NCBI RefSeq assembly: GCF_009914755.1
Contig: NC_060931.1
Strand: one strand, 5' to 3'
DNA length: 64,000 nt
Source of the DNA: the human T2T-CHM13v2.0 reference genome, Homo sapiens
Of the stretch, positions 24,456 to 39,649 are shown piece by piece. The position numbers and the translations under genes were made by a program. Position 1 is the stretch's first letter. Each line of letters starts with the position of its first letter. The notes under the pieces were generated by a model. That model was not told the DNA's origin. It worked only from the letters and a program-made list of their open reading frames with translations, and made no database searches.

Positions 24456-26974
24456 GTGATAAAACACACTCTGGTGTTATATTTGTTCAACAGCCTCCAA
24501 TCAGAGAATCTGAGCCTTCAATAAGTAGTTTTGCAAGCAACAGCAGTGTGGCAGAGAAACTCTGACAGTTGATTTTTAGTTTACAGCAGAAATGTGCCTT
24601 CTCTTTCTGTCTCAATCATGACTTGGCCTCAGCATGTGCCTTCCAAAACCCGCTTCTGAAAGAAAAGGAATATTACAAAAGTGTCAGTGTGCGAGATGGG
24701 TATTTATGAAGCAGAATATTTAGAGTAACTGGTTCAGCTTACAAAATACACCTATTAAAATATGACAAAAATCAAATCTTTATTGGTTTTGCAAACCTGG
24801 GGAGAAATTTTTAATAAAAACTTTAATTGTATTCTCACACAGTGGGAAGATGCAACTTTTCTGTGAAATATTATGATTATACTGCATACACTACCTTAAT
24901 ATACTTCTAGATAGGGCCTGTCATTCCACTATGAACAAGTTTCATTTTGAGATGCTTTGTCTGTAAACAAATTATATATGATTTGAAGTTAACCTAGTGA
25001 ATTTATATGATTTTCTAAGATATATTGAAATCTTTTGAGGAAGAACTGTCTTATCCTAAAAGCTCATTTTATTAATTTTGTGTTTAGGGAAGATGAAAGT
25101 TCTTTAAATTTTTTTAAAATTTTGAACTAAGATATTAATCCTATCTCAGTCTACCCACAACAAAATGTAGACCATAAGTCTTTAACAAATGTATTTTATT
25201 CAAGAGGAAATACTTTAAGAAGTCACTCAAAAATGAATTTTACAAACATATAAAATAATCTATTTTGAAGTAAGTTTGCTTTCATAAAATCTGAATAAGA
25301 TGGCGTTCGTGTGAATGGTAAGTTACAGTTTGTGGTGGCTGTAAGATAGAACTTCTATAAAGCCTTCACATGTTTATAAGAAGACTTTATGACATAGTAT
25401 ACTGCTTATTTCTATTCATGTATGCAAGTACTGATCTTAGTAGCCTAAACAGTTTATATTTAAATAGAATAGTGAACAATTTTAATGGAAATATACTCCT
25501 AATTATTGAGCCATTAATAATGTATCAGCTATTATTTCTGCCTAGAGCAAGTAGCAGCAATAATCAGAAAAGCTGAGATGAATGTTTTAAAGATCATTTG
25601 TTCTGATTTTAGATAATTATCTACATATTGTTTTGTACAGAAAAAAATATTTTCTTCATAATAGTTATGGAGTTTTTTAGTATCTACTCTTTTTTTCAGG
25701 TCAGTAATTGTGATGATACAATAATTTCATTACCTCTTTCAGCTTGGTAAAAGGGCTAGGTAATATGTTGCTGTTTCTCTCTAAACATCGTGTTTCTAGG
25801 CATTATATATAAATTGTTTGCTACTAAAGAAAGAGGGGTGATATGTTGAGATATTAATGTTTTACTCTGATAGAGACAGGAGTTAAATTGGTCCCAAAAG
25901 AATGAATGGGATTTTGGTAAATTAATAAAATGGAAGGTGATACTCCTGGTGGGGAGACCAACACAAGGGAAGGTATAGAAAAGAAAATACAAGTTTCAAT
26001 TTTTCACAGATACAGAGATACACAAAATTTTTTTTTTTTTTTGCCAAAATAGGTCAGGCCCAATATTCATCTTGCCAAGTTTCCTGCAGCTAAAAGAACA
26101 AAGTTCACACCTTTCTTATTCTTTAGGATGACAAATGAAAAGATTAGCTGCAGGGAAGTAGCCACCTGTGACACATCTCCACGCATTTTCTAAACCCATT
26201 ATGGAACCTATTTTTAGCTTACACTTTTTTTTTAAGGCAACAACATCTGTACATTAAATACCAATGTGTGAAACAGCAGATTCCTTTAGTCACCTAAAAT
26301 GTTCCCAGTTCAAAATCTTAAGCATGAAGTGTTGTACTTTCATAGGTATGAGACAGGACTATTTTACTTAAACCACTGAAGAGTGTATTGATGATATCAC
26401 CCTTAATCTGTGTCTTTCCAGGTAAAAGTACCAGTGGTTTTAGTCTGTCCTCATAGAGCAGTGATGTATCCAGATAATCCTTTAATGATACACCCCTAGC
26501 ACATCTCTGCTTCTTTCTCCTCGCTGAGACTTTGCAACTGCCCCGTATCTACAACTTTCTTTTCAGATTACCCAAATTCTCCCAAAGGAAGCCTACAGTG
26601 GCTTTTCTTTTCTCCTTCCCAGTTCCAGCTTGATCGATTTGAGAGTTATTTTTGAGAGGGAGAAAAAAAAAAAGTATAAATGAGAACATAGGGTAAAAAA
26701 AATAAAAGAGCTACACAAGCCTGACTTTTATAGAATGTTTGGAGATAATAGTCACAGCTGCAATGATTTGATGAGTAGAACTTAGGGAAACAATTTGTCT
26801 GAAGGTGTTTTTCTGTGTGTTGTATTGGAATACCCTACGATTTGAACTTTTTTTTTTTTTTTTTTTTTTGCTTTGTGTGTAGATTTGCATGTGGCTTATT
26901 TTGTTCACGTGCTTATTTTCTGAACGCAGCTTTGAATCAAGGAAAAAGCAAGCTTGCCAAGCTACAGAATTATG

Positions 26975-27965
26975 CATTCAGTATTTATTTTCTGAGTGCA
27001 TACTAGATGTCATGCTATTCTAGGCACTTGGAATAAATCCTTGAACAGGACAGATAAAGATTATTGAAAATTCTAAGCTGACATGGTAGAGGGAGGGGAG
27101 GAAGGAGAGATGACAAACTCTAATTAAAAAGTAAATAATCTAGCAAGTGAGAAGGAATAAATTTTATGGGTAAAAATACTAGAACAAAACAAGGAAGCCT
27201 GGCATGTCAGTAGATCAAGGTGTTGAGTTGTAGTTTAAATAGGTTGACCAGGATAAGCCTCCGTTGAAAAGATAATATTACTGCAAGACTTGAAAGAGGT
27301 AACTGAATGTACTAATGCAGGGAAAGAACATTTGACCCAGAGAGCACAGGCAACGAAAGAGGCACTTGCATGATCCAGGATCAGTATGGAAGCCATGGTG
27401 GCAAGTTTCGGGAGGTCAAGAATAGTTGAAGGAATAGACGCCAGAACAAGCCCTCCAGACTTGTAGGTTATTGTCAGGGTGTGGCTTTTACTTTGAATGA
27501 ATACAGGAGCCATTTGCAGCGTTCTAAATAGAGCAACATGATGTACTCACGTCTTAAAAGGATGAATCTGGGCTGTGGGAGCAAGAAAGGTAGAAGCAGG
27601 AGGCTAACTAAAATTATGCCATTATAATCCAGGTGAGAGACGCGTGTACCCTAGACCAGGGTGCTAGCACAAGAAGTAGTGAGATGTGGCCAATTCTGAA
27701 TATATTTTGGAGGCAGAGTCAGTAGGGTTTCTTTACAAATTAGATGTGGGGTATGAGAGAAATGGAGGAAATAGGGATAAATCCAAATGATTTGCTAAGA
27801 ACAGCAGGAAGAAAGGAGATGCCATCTCTTCAGACTGGGAAGACTAGTTGTAGAGAAAATTAGTCAAAGGGGCTAAAGAAAAAGTCAGAAATTCAAGGTT
27901 GGACATGAATTGAAATGTCTACTGGACGTCTAAGTAGAAATGTCAGGAAGAGAGTTGGATATATG
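26975..27965 (-). mobile_element. L2a 3' portion
   Basis: cattcagtatttattttctgagtgcatact...aatccaggtgagagac...ttctgaatatattttggaggcagag...gagttggatatatg. Confidence 0.8.
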
Positions 27966-28315
27966 TATGTAACAAGCCTGTGTCTGCAGGTTTACACAAT
28001 AAACCTTTGTGATTGACAGAATCCCTTTTGTTTAACTCTTGAGGGTCTTTGGTATCTTTAGTTACATTTTATAAGCAATCATAGAACTGGAAGGGGAGGT
28101 GGTGGATAATGGGCAGAAATTGCTCTCTAACAATGGAAGCTGCTAGCTTGATTCCCTTAGTGATAATCTGCTCTTAGAGAGGAGGATTGTCATCAACCTT
28201 CAGTTTCCAAAACATTCTCTGAGAAAGGTAAAATACCCAGAGATAACATTTTTGTTTCTTCTTGCATTGTTACTCTCTTTTACTCATTTCTAGAACCCTT
28301 GCATTATTGACTGCT

Positions 28316-29170
28316 TGTGGCAAACATCTTAAGATGCCTGACTCAACTCTTATTCTCAATCTTTTTCTCTCCAGCCTCTTTCCAGGTGTGAAAACCTGAG
28401 AGCCCAAACCTTCAGAAACCCTCCTTTAGCCACAGTTAGGTCCACTCACTTCTTCCTTCAAGAGAGAATCACAAGGAGAACCATAGGGCATCTCAAAGTT
28501 GGGGAGAGGGGGTGCTTGGGGAGGGACGGACATTGAGGGAGAGTCAGGGAGGGTATTAGGGGATGGAGTGAGTCAGTCCTTGTTGGTATTGGCTAGAATT
28601 CCTAAACTCGGAGACTCGCTACAACAGATCTGATAGTTGGCCTCAGAACTTGTGAATTGTTGTAGAATTATTGTTTGACCTGTTTTTCTGTGGTTGTAGC
28701 CAGGACACATGGTTAGGAAGAAGCTGATGTTAACATATTTTGAGCTTAATTAAGTGGTGATCATGCTTGGTTTGACAATTTTTTTTTCTGTTTTGTGAGT
28801 AATAGTGAAGTCCATTTTGCAACTGTGGTTTCTGTTTCAGTCCTAAGAGCACTCTTCACAGCTCAGCTGCCAGAGGAATGTTTTTTACTTTATGCTAGGC
28901 AGAAGCAGAGATGAGACACAGTTCTGGCTGCTAAGAGCTAAGCAGAAGTTAGCTGTGGTGTTCTTGGGAAAGCTTTTGTTCTCCTGATACAGTTGCCCCT
29001 CTTGCTCTCCACCATCCTTGGTAAAATGTAGAACTGATGTCTAGAGCTGTAGGGTCAAGAAAACCATAGATCGAGCAGCCACTGATACTAACTTGTATGT
29101 GAAAAATATCAACTATCACTTATCTAAGTAATTATGAATTAAGTTTTATTTTTCTTGGAGCCAAAAGCAC
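28316..29170 (+). mobile_element. Degenerate MLT1-like LTR pieces, possibly interrupted by another element at about 28430-28860
   Basis: gacacagttctggctgctaagagctaagcagaagt and gggaaagcttttgttctcctgata resemble MLT1H/J. Confidence 0.4.
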
Positions 29171-29841
29171 CTGCCCTTTCCCTAGTCCCCACTTCTAAAA
29201 TTAACCAGTACCATCATTTTACCAGAATACAGAAGAACAAATTCCTAAATATGGAAATGACTTTGAAAGAAAAGATAATACTTTTTGGAGTGTATTAAGT
29301 TGCATTTTAGTGATGTCCCCTAGAGGTTGAAATCTGGGGACTAAATAGCTGTTTAGAGGCCAAAGCAAATTCATATTGTTAGAGCCAGCACTAGTAAAAA
29401 GTGACTCATTAGAATTAGAATCTCCTCTGCTCTTTCCTGTCTAACTCCATTGAAAATATATTAAAAAATACATTTAGAAACAAAATCAGTAAACATCCCA
29501 GATAACACAGAGAGCGGAAAAGGAAATGCAAATTGCCCAACTTAAACATAGCCTACAAAATTACCACTTGAGAAATTATGAATAGACTAGATCCTATTCC
29601 AGAGTTAGTAATTAAGTCTTCATTATATTTTTGGATGAAGTACATAATCACAGACCCAGTTTTTTTTTAATTCAATGCTTTATTTTCAAGAATATCCAGT
29701 TTGATTTTTTTCTTTCAAAGAAAAGAATAAGTAAATGAATTTTCATAAGAACATTTAAATGAGGATTAGGTAGATACATGAAAAATATCTCAAAACTAAA
29801 TTGACTCTGTTGGAAAGGCGAATGAAAGCAGTCAAGAAGGA

Positions 29842-30208
29842 TGATATGGTTTGGCTCTGTATCCCCACCCAAATCTCAAGTTGATTTGTAATCACCATGT
29901 ATCAGGGAAGGGGACTGGTGGGAGGTGATTGGATCATGGGGGTGGATTTCCCCCTTACCGTTCTCATGATAGTGAGTGAGTTCTCATGAGATCTGATAGT
30001 TTAAAAGTATGGCACTTTCCCCTTCACTCACTCTCTCTCCTGCTGCCATGTAAGATGTGCCTTGCTTCCCCTTTGCCTTCTGCCATGATTATAAGTTTCC
30101 TGAAGCCTCTCCAGCTGTGTGGGACTGTGAGTCAATTAAAACTCTTTTCTTTATAAATTATCCAGTCTCAAGCAGTTCGTTATAGCAACGTGAAAATGGA
30201 CTAAAACA
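29842..30208 (+). mobile_element. THE1D-like solo LTR
   Basis: tgatatggtttggctctgtatccccacccaaatctc...ggactaaaaca. Confidence 0.92.
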
Positions 30209-31130
30209 AGAGGTCATGAGTTTCTACAAAAGCAGGCTTAAATTTTGCGTTCATAACTTAGATGAAGAAAACATGTAACATTTATCATTTTCTAAAATTT
30301 GTCTTCATTCGCTAATTCCCTATTTCTAGTCAGTAGCAGAAAAGATAAATACTTGAACACATACATTTTGGTACTGTAATCACTCCTCCTTTCCGTGTAT
30401 ATTCGGTCAACATGGGAGTTGATCTCAGTCAAAGGTAAACTTCCTTTTGTGGTTGTACTACCATTTCAAGAGTTCTAGATGCCCTAGCATGGCTTGGGTC
30501 AGAGTCAGCTTATGCAATACGTTATCACCACAGGGGTGGGATCTGTCCCACCTGCTCCACCAAGGTTCCCTCTGAGCTCCCTGAGAGTCCCCAGCCTGGT
30601 CGGCCTTCAGGGTCCCACTTCTGTCCCTGCCACCCACTGTCATGACAACTGCTCCTTCTGGCCTTCAGATATGTCATGGGTATTGCTGGACTTAGGTTCT
30701 GGGATCTGTGTTTAAGGTGACAGCTATTCACAGCATGTCTGAGTCCCATTTGGTTTTAGCATTGAGAGTCCTGCTTCTGGAGAAACCCCTCAGTTCTGGG
30801 TAAATTAGGATGGTTGGTGACTATACACACTAGGTCTTCTTTCTCCTAATACCTTCGTCTGATCTACCAGCCATCTAAGCATTTTATAGGCCCTATAGGG
30901 ACACACAGTGATTTCTATATCTTTTGGAGACTACATAAAGCTGAAATAAATCATGGCATATGTGTTGTTGGGGAGAGGTTAGGCATTAGGGACAGCTTCC
31001 TTAGGCTACGCCCCCTTTACTTCAGCATGCCATCCCTCCATATCTGCTCTACACAGCCACTCAGGCTGACATGAGGCCCTCTACACATTAGACCCTCAAA
31101 GGCCATCATAGGATTCCTAAGTCTCTGCTG

Positions 31131-31728
31131 TATAAACCAAATATAAAATTCTAAGCCATCATACTGACTGATGAACCCTCCCCTTAGCCAAAGACATTCC
31201 AAATAATCCTGAAAAAAAAAAAAAAAAACAAAACTAGTTTAGGTCAGACATGCCTCACAAACATCAACACAGAGACCTTAAGACTGATAGAATAGTCTCT
31301 TTAAGTCTGATAAGAAACATCTACAATCCATTCTGTCTGAAGACTGCTACCTGGAGGCTTCATCTGGATGATCAAAGTTGGGTCCCCATGACTGCTTATC
31401 CTAACCCAGACATTCCTTTCTATTAATTCCATGTCTTTAAATAATAACTCTTTCAACCAATTGCCAATCGGAAAATATTTAAATCTACCTATCACCTGGG
31501 AGCCCCTGCTTTGAGTTGTCCCACCTTTCCAGATGGAACCAACATACATCTTACATATATTGACTGTTGTCTCATGTCTCCCTAAAATGTATAAAACCAA
31601 GTCACACCCCAACCACCTTGGCCACATGTCCTCAGATCTTCCTGAGGATGTGTCATGGGAATGTCCTTAACCTCAGCAAAATAAACTAAATTGATTGAGA
31701 CTTCTCTCAGATTCTTTTTTGGCTTAGG
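31131..31728 (+). mobile_element. MER4-group ERV1 solo LTR (MER4B/D-like)
   Basis: t(a)taaaccaaatataaaattctaagcc...ctgaaaaa..ctagtt...aaattgattgagac; internal A-run expanded at about 31212-31233. Confidence 0.8.
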
Positions 31729-34700
31729 GTTGAGATTTATTCAGTCAACAAATACTTCTTGAAGATCACACCAACCAGCAGACAGTACCTCCTGGGACTG
31801 AATGCTGAGGTGACGAAGGGAGGGTGATTGATCAGACTCTACACTGTTTTAATGGTTGTTTGGCTTTTATGTCTTAACACTTACAATGCCTCTGTTTTGC
31901 TCTCAAAAATATAGCTTTTTCCAATCAAAAGCTACTTGGTTTTAGACTACTTTTCCAAAATTAAATCCACATGTTTCTTAATTTTCTGTTTCAGTCCAGA
32001 CTCTAGAGGTGAATTATCCCAGAACCTACTTTATATGATAATTGTATAACCATTGATCCACTGGTAAGACAGCCATAGAGTAAGAAAAAAAAAATTTTAT
32101 TAGTGTTTCTTTAGTGATGGTTATTATGACAGATTTCCTTTCTCTTTCACCTGAATCTTGCTGACTCCAAACTGCTACCCTCTAGGTCGGACACCTCCTT
32201 TTTTCATACATTTCCAGGTTGACCATCTCCTTCTCTTTTTTTCTTTAGAAATGTTAATGTCATCATTTAAGCTGGCGTCAAACTGTGCAGGCATTTCTCT
32301 TACTTTGGGAAATATTTTGTCTTTTACCATTAGGTGCTTATTTCATTACGCATACTGTAGGCTTCTGGAAATACCTTACTTTCATTCATGATAATTATTG
32401 ATAAGAGGTAAAGGGGGCAGAAAGTCTCCCAGATAAATTCACGTTATTCAAAACTCTACATTTGCTCAATCCTGACATCGTTGTGACTGTGATCCCATCA
32501 AACTACAAATAATCAAAGAACAGGTTGGCTGAAGCTAATTCTGAAAGAACTTGAGCCAACAAGCAATTTTTCATAAGTGAAACTGGATTTCCTTTTAGAG
32601 ACTGTGCTTCGGACAAAAGCTCTTGCGTCCTAAAACCTAATCCCCAACTTAAACATATAGAAAAACGTCAGTTTTCTCATGGGGTCATCCTATTGTGATT
32701 CTTTCAGGTAGATACGTTCATCTTGTCCCTTCACCTTAACTCGGTTTATTTCCCATATTGGATTCCACTGATTTTTATGTTGCAAATCGCTATGCTCTAT
32801 CTTAGTTTCTGATAAATGAAACTACTGGCAATTTCTGAGAAGTCCCATTTCATCATGCTAAATCTGACTTATTCATAATATTAGATGTGTGACTCTTTAT
32901 TTAAACTTTATTGGCCTTCCATGCTAACTCCAGTCTTTCATTTGATCTTTAGCTTCCTTTGGTTTCTTTTAGAAGGGAGGAGCTTCCTGTTTATACATAA
33001 ACATTTAAGCCATGGGCATCTTTCTAGCACAAAAACATCAGCTCAATGACCTAAAAGTATCACATACCCAGGCGAACCCATGTTCGAGTCAGTTGCCTCT
33101 CTGAAGTGATTTCAAAGTGATTTTATTTTAAGTACAAATAGAATACTAGAGTGACAAAAACATATTCTTTTTTAAAAAAAGGTAGTGAAATGCCAGAGGA
33201 GATAACTCTCCTAAGAAATAAAGGAAAAGAAAAAAGTTGAATTAGCCATTTTAAGATTCAACAGCAGCTGTATTCTTCTTTGATGCATTGCATGTATTAG
33301 GACAAAAGAAAACTATATTTGCTTTTGGCATGGCATATAGCTGTGCTTTGACATTTAAATCCCAAGGAAGGCTTAGTGCATTAAAGTAATGTCAGAAAAA
33401 CAGTTATATGTTTGAAGATAAGCAGAAAGGAAATAGATAAATAGTTTTAACATGTAGCTAAATCAACTACGGAGAGATTTAAATAAGCCAATCGATTTTA
33501 TTTCTTGCTTTTGATATCATATTACCTGCAAAATAAAAATAAGAGCAATTGATTTTAAAACATTTAAAATATCTTTCTTAACAAGTGCTTTCTTCTTAAA
33601 ATAATTGTTTTTGTCAATTACTTGAATACATTGCAGTTACGATTTCACACTAAGAATTCATTTAACTGCTCTCCCCTAAACCAAGATTACAGACTCATGG
33701 ACATGTACCATTCTTTTTGTAAAATATTGGGACTGATACAACTTAATGAAGGGGAAGTTGGAGCTGGTAGGACACTATCCTTCATTTGCTATATGCTCCC
33801 TAACATGCTGTGTGGGAGTCAGTTGTTCATTCCTGAAAATGCATATGCAAGTCATACTTGTTACTGTAATAACATGGTTTAATTAAGTACTAAGTACATT
33901 TTCAAATGAGCAGAGACAGAAAAAAGTTTCTGGTAAAATCAAATGTAAAAGTTTTAGAAAGACAAGTGGCTCAAAACAAACACAAAACCATAAGTTTATG
34001 TGTGGGCCTAGACAACTGTAAACATTTGCAGAGATTCATAAAGCCCAAGGTGAACTCACTGAAATTCATTGGCGATTTTAGTTTTCGCTGCACTTGAAAC
34101 CAAAACTGAAAAATGAAGGTGATACTATATGGAAATGGTTTGATAAAAAGGCCGGTGGATTGAACTACAGACTTCAAATAAGTCTTCAAAAAAGTCTTTG
34201 GGTGAACTCACACCCAAAGGCCCCAGAGTAATTCCCTCTAACAACGAGTCATTGAGGTGACATAATGTAGGTTTTCAGTTAAATTAAAATGGTTAAGGTG
34301 TGTATCTTTTTAATGACATTTCTTTACTGGATTTCATTAAACCCAACATATTGAAGACTTGTATCATTCCCCAATCTGAATAAAAGGAGAGTTCATTATT
34401 TCTTTTTGCTTTCTCTTTTTGAGGAGTCTTTGCATTCCAAATACAGAGAAAAAAGAAAAGGAAAGGAGAGGAGAGGAGGGGAGGAAGGACAATCTGTTAC
34501 ATCACATTGTTATCTGGTTTATTAGTATAAGACTCTTTTACTTTCATTAAATGTCAGGAGTAAAAATTTACAATGGTATTTATTATAGCATTTGAAAATA
34601 ACATTTTGTTTGAATTTTTTTCTTTGGTATTTAAATGATCTATAAGCTGAAAAGAAGAGGAGTCATAGATTTTTCTATGCCAAGAAAAAAACAGTTTTAA

Positions 34701-35448
34701 AAAGATGAAGTTGTCATTTTCATTTTGTTTGATTAAAAACACATATTTCCATTTCCTCTTTGTATTGTTGTATCTATACTGCCCAAAAACTAGTTTTAAG
34801 AGGGCAACAAGCTTAGTTTTTCAGATAGCATTGTCTAAAATTCTCATGGCACCCATTGCTATATTAGAGATAAGTACTTTGTTGTCTTTGCCTATGAATT
34901 CATTGAGGAATATTAGAGTCTGAATCTTGTTTTGTTTACCAAATCCTGCTTACATCAAAAAGAATGTTACATGAGTAAGAAAGGAATGCAGATGGAAGGG
35001 GTGAGGAGTATGTGTGTGTTTATTTGAAATGGTTTTGAAAAATGAGTCTGTAATAAATTTTAACAAATTACGGTATCTGAAAAGGGTGTCTTAATCAGTA
35101 AACAGGTTGATTTAAATAGACCATTATCTACAATTGTGATCAGGGTAAAACCACTAAGTACCATACAACATTTGTGTATAGCATTAACTTTGTTTGCCTT
35201 CAACGAGTCGCAGCTGTTATACTTTTACTGTGATAGTTTCATGATTTTTGCTTCTTTGGCATAGTCCCAGACAGGCTTCATCAACAAGAAACTTATCTTC
35301 ATGAACACACTTCAGTGAAGACCCCCCCCTCTGGGAAATTAGACATGACATAAAAGTGCATTGCTTTTTTAAAACACTTCAGGCATTTGAAAATTACAGG
35401 AGAAATTTTCAAGTGGCACTTCCTAAGTTAGAAATACCATACACATAA

Positions 35449-35791
<343 letters not shown>

Positions 35792-36726
35792 TTATTATAG
35801 GACACTTGTTAATCTCCTATGAAGGTCAAGGCCACTGGTACTAATCTACACAATGAGAAAACCAAAAGTTACAGGATAGGATCTCTTCTCCCAGAACAGG
35901 TACTGATGTAGCCATAGAGACAGTAAACATTCACAAGAAATGTTAAAACTATGTTAAGAAGCATGTAAGCATTTGCTTCTTAATTGTTACAGATAATGAT
36001 TTCTATAGAAAATTAATAAGAGGAATAAAACCACTATCAGCTGCGTGGTTAATGAAAACCGCATAAAAGAAGTAGGTTGAACTTCAGAGGAGCATTAGCC
36101 TCGGATGATGAGAAAGAAAGGCAGGAACGTGCCAGGCAAAATCAGAGGCATGAGCAGAAGTGTGGAGGCACAGATAACCATGTCCCATTTCTGAAACAGT
36201 CAAGAGATCATTTAAACTACAGCAACATGTTTGTATAGGAGAGTCATGGAAAAGTTGAAAAGATCTATTTTTCATTTATTCATTTATCCATTCATTCTAC
36301 AATGTTTCATTGATTGCATACCATGTGTCCAAGGACAGTTTTAGCCTTGAAGAATAATTTGTAAACTTATGGATTCTACTTTCTTACTGATTTATGAAAG
36401 AGTTAGACATAGAAAAAGCACACACACACACATACCCCATGGAATTGTTGGAAAAAAACACACAAACGCCAAAATCAAAGTATGCACAAGGGATCTTGTG
36501 CCTAATTCTCCCTGGGATCTAGGCTGGGATGGAGATGGCAGAGGAGCAGTTCAAGGCACATGTTATAGGCATTCCAGGGAGCTGGAAAGTACATGGGTGT
36601 GAATGACTTGAGTACGTGCAGTAAACTCAAGGATTTACAGTAGGTTCTTTCACAGACTGGCAGCTACTAGTGAGGGAAGATTTGAAGCTAGGAATTTAGG
36701 GGGATCCTAATGAAAGAGGACCTTGC

Positions 36727-37053
<327 letters not shown>

Positions 37054-37496
37054 TTATCCTTTGAGCAATACGCAGCCATTGAGGGATTTTCAGGAAAATC
37101 AAGTTTTGCATGACTAACACTTGTTCTGATTACCTGGGCAGAGGTGATGAGAAATGAATTACTGCAGTAGAACCAGGTGAAAAAGGAAATATCCAAGGTA
37201 TTTAGGAGTTGGACTGAGGAGAGAGGGCTCATTAGATGTGGAAACCGGAAAAGGTATTGGCTAGAAAGAGAAACTGGTTTCAGAGTAAGAAAAGGCTTTA
37301 ATGAAAGATTGTTATATTCACTAGTCTCCCCAAACAATGTCTTAACTGACTATTTGTTTAGTAGTGGGTCTACCGGTTAGGGTAAGATTTTACTGGGATC
37401 TGGAAGATGGTGAAAACCAGTAGCAGCAATTGAGCAATAGAGAGTGGTAAAAGAGAAAATTAAAATAGAGGCAGAATTGAGATAGAAGTGCAGGTA

Positions 37497-38814
37497 CACT
37501 TAGAACGATCTGATCTTTGACAAAGCTGACAAATATAAGCAATGGAAAAAGGAATCCCTATTCAATAAATGGTGCTGGGATAACTGGCTAGCCATATGCA
37601 GAAAATTAAAACTGGACCCCTTCCTTACACAATATACAAAAATTAACTCAAGATAGATTAAAGAATTAAATGTAAAACCCAAAACTATAAACACTTTGCA
37701 ATACAACATATGCAGTACCATTCAGGACATAGGCATGGGCAAAGGTTTCATGACGAAGACACAAAAGCAATTGCAACACAAGCAAAATTTGACAAACATG
37801 ATGAAATTAAACTAAGGATCCTCTGCACAGCAAAAGAAACTATCATCAGAGTGAACAGACAAGCTACAGAATGGGAGAAAATTTTTGCAAACTATGCATC
37901 TGACAAAAGTCTAATATCCAGCATCTAATAGGAACTGAAACAAATTTACAAGAAGAAACACAATCCCACTAAAAAGTGGGCAAAGGACGTGAACAGACAC
38001 TTTTCACAAGAAGACATACTTGAGATGAACCATCATGAAAAAAAAAAAAACCTCAACATCACTGATCATTAGAGAAATGCAAATCAAAACCACAATAAGA
38101 TACCATCTCAGGCTAGTCAAAATGGCTATTATTAAAACGTCAGAAAATAACAAATACTGGCAATGCTTTGGGAAAAAAAGGAATGCTTATACACTACCGG
38201 TGGAAATGTAAATTAGTTCAACCATTGTGGAATACAATGTGGTAATTCCTCAAAGATCTAAAGACAGAAATACCGTTTGATTCAGCCATCCCATTACTGG
38301 GTATGTAACCAAAGAATATAAATCATTCTATTAGAAAGACAATCCATGCAGACATTCATTGCAGCCCTATTCACAATAGCAAAGACATGGAATCAACCTA
38401 AATGCCCATCAGTGATAAAATGTGGTACATATACACGATGGAATACTATGCAGCCATAACAAATAATAAGATTATATCTCTTGTGGGAACATGAATGGAG
38501 CTGGAGGCCATTATCCTTAGCAAACTAACACAGGAACAGAAAACCAAATGTCACATGTTCTCACTTATAAGTGGGAGCTAACTAATGAGAACACATGGAC
38601 ACATAGAGGGGAAAACCACACACTGGGGCCTATCAGAGAGTGAAGGATGGGAGGAGGGAGAGGATCAGGAAAAATAACTAATGGGTACTAGGCTCATTAC
38701 CTAGGTGATGAAATAATCTGTACAACAAACACCCATGACACTAGTTTACCTGTGTAACAAACCTGCACATGAGCACCTGAACTTAAAGTTAAAACAAAAC
38801 AAAAACAACCACAA
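37497..38814 (+). mobile_element. 5'-truncated L1PA (PA13-15-like): ORF2 C-terminal part and 3'UTR
   Basis: gatctgatctttgacaaagctgac...ttcaataaatggtgctggg...; TSD AGAA(G/A)TGCAGGTA (37484-37496 and 38815-38827). Confidence 0.93.
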
Positions 38815-38869
38815 AGAAATGCAGGTAGTGAGATACTGGATTAAAAAGGAAAGCAGAAGATGTGCAGAG

Positions 38870-39131
38870 CTATACTCTCTAATACTGCAGCCACTAGCCA
38901 TATGTGGCTATTTCACACTTAAAAAGCAGCTGTTCTAACTGAGACGTGATGTTAGTGTAAAATGCACAACAGATTGTGAATACTTCACACACAGGAATAT
39001 AAGACAGCTCATTGATCATTTTTGTATTCATTTTATTTTGTGTTAAATAAAATATTAATATTATTGTCACCTCCATAAGATTTTAAGCTACATATGGCAT
39101 GTGGCTCACAAGTTATTAATATTAGTGCTGT
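38870..39131. mobile_element. MER33-like hAT-Charlie MITE
   Basis: gcagccactagccatatgtggctattt...aactgagacgtgatgttagtgtaaaatgcaca. Confidence 0.7.
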
Positions 39132-39649
39132 TCTGGAATCTTTCTCTAGGTAGTTCCAGCTGGATGCTGTATTGCAAGAATGAGTGCCCTAGCTTCTTTG
39201 TTGGTCTTGTCCACAGATGAGTAAAGAGATCCTCGCAACTTCTGATAGGACTCAACAAGTTGTCCTTTATAACTGTTTTATCTCAGAGACAATGCAGATC
39301 CCCAGAATGTCTGTGAAACTGGCATCATTCTGAAATCACAGTCCCTTTTCATTAGTTAGAAGTTTTCTTAAGCCTAAGTGTATTTGCAATACCATCTCCA
39401 GAGAATATCTTTACAGACTTAGAAGCCAGATGTGTTGGTTTTCTCCCAGAATATTAATTCCCTGTTCATTAAAAATAAAATAAGAAGTATTCAATGGGAA
39501 AAAAAATGTGGCCTAAATTAAGATGGTATTTTAATTGAGCACAAGTTAGAACTTTCCTGGCTCAAAGATTAATTTTTTCTAGTAAAGTGTCTGTCAGTTA
39601 CACAACTGTGTATAATTCATCATCCTTGAAGTGAAAGTTTGGGTCTCAG

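Noticed and set aside
30455-31120. GC-richer segment with small ORFs on both strands
   Set aside because: Probably an old LTR-type repeat that I cannot classify; no coding signal
34444-34489. Polypurine tract (possible H-DNA)
   Set aside because: Short, imperfect mirror symmetry; common in human introns
37500-37928. L1 ORF2-like ORFs
   Set aside because: 5'-truncated, frameshifted L1 fragment; not an active element
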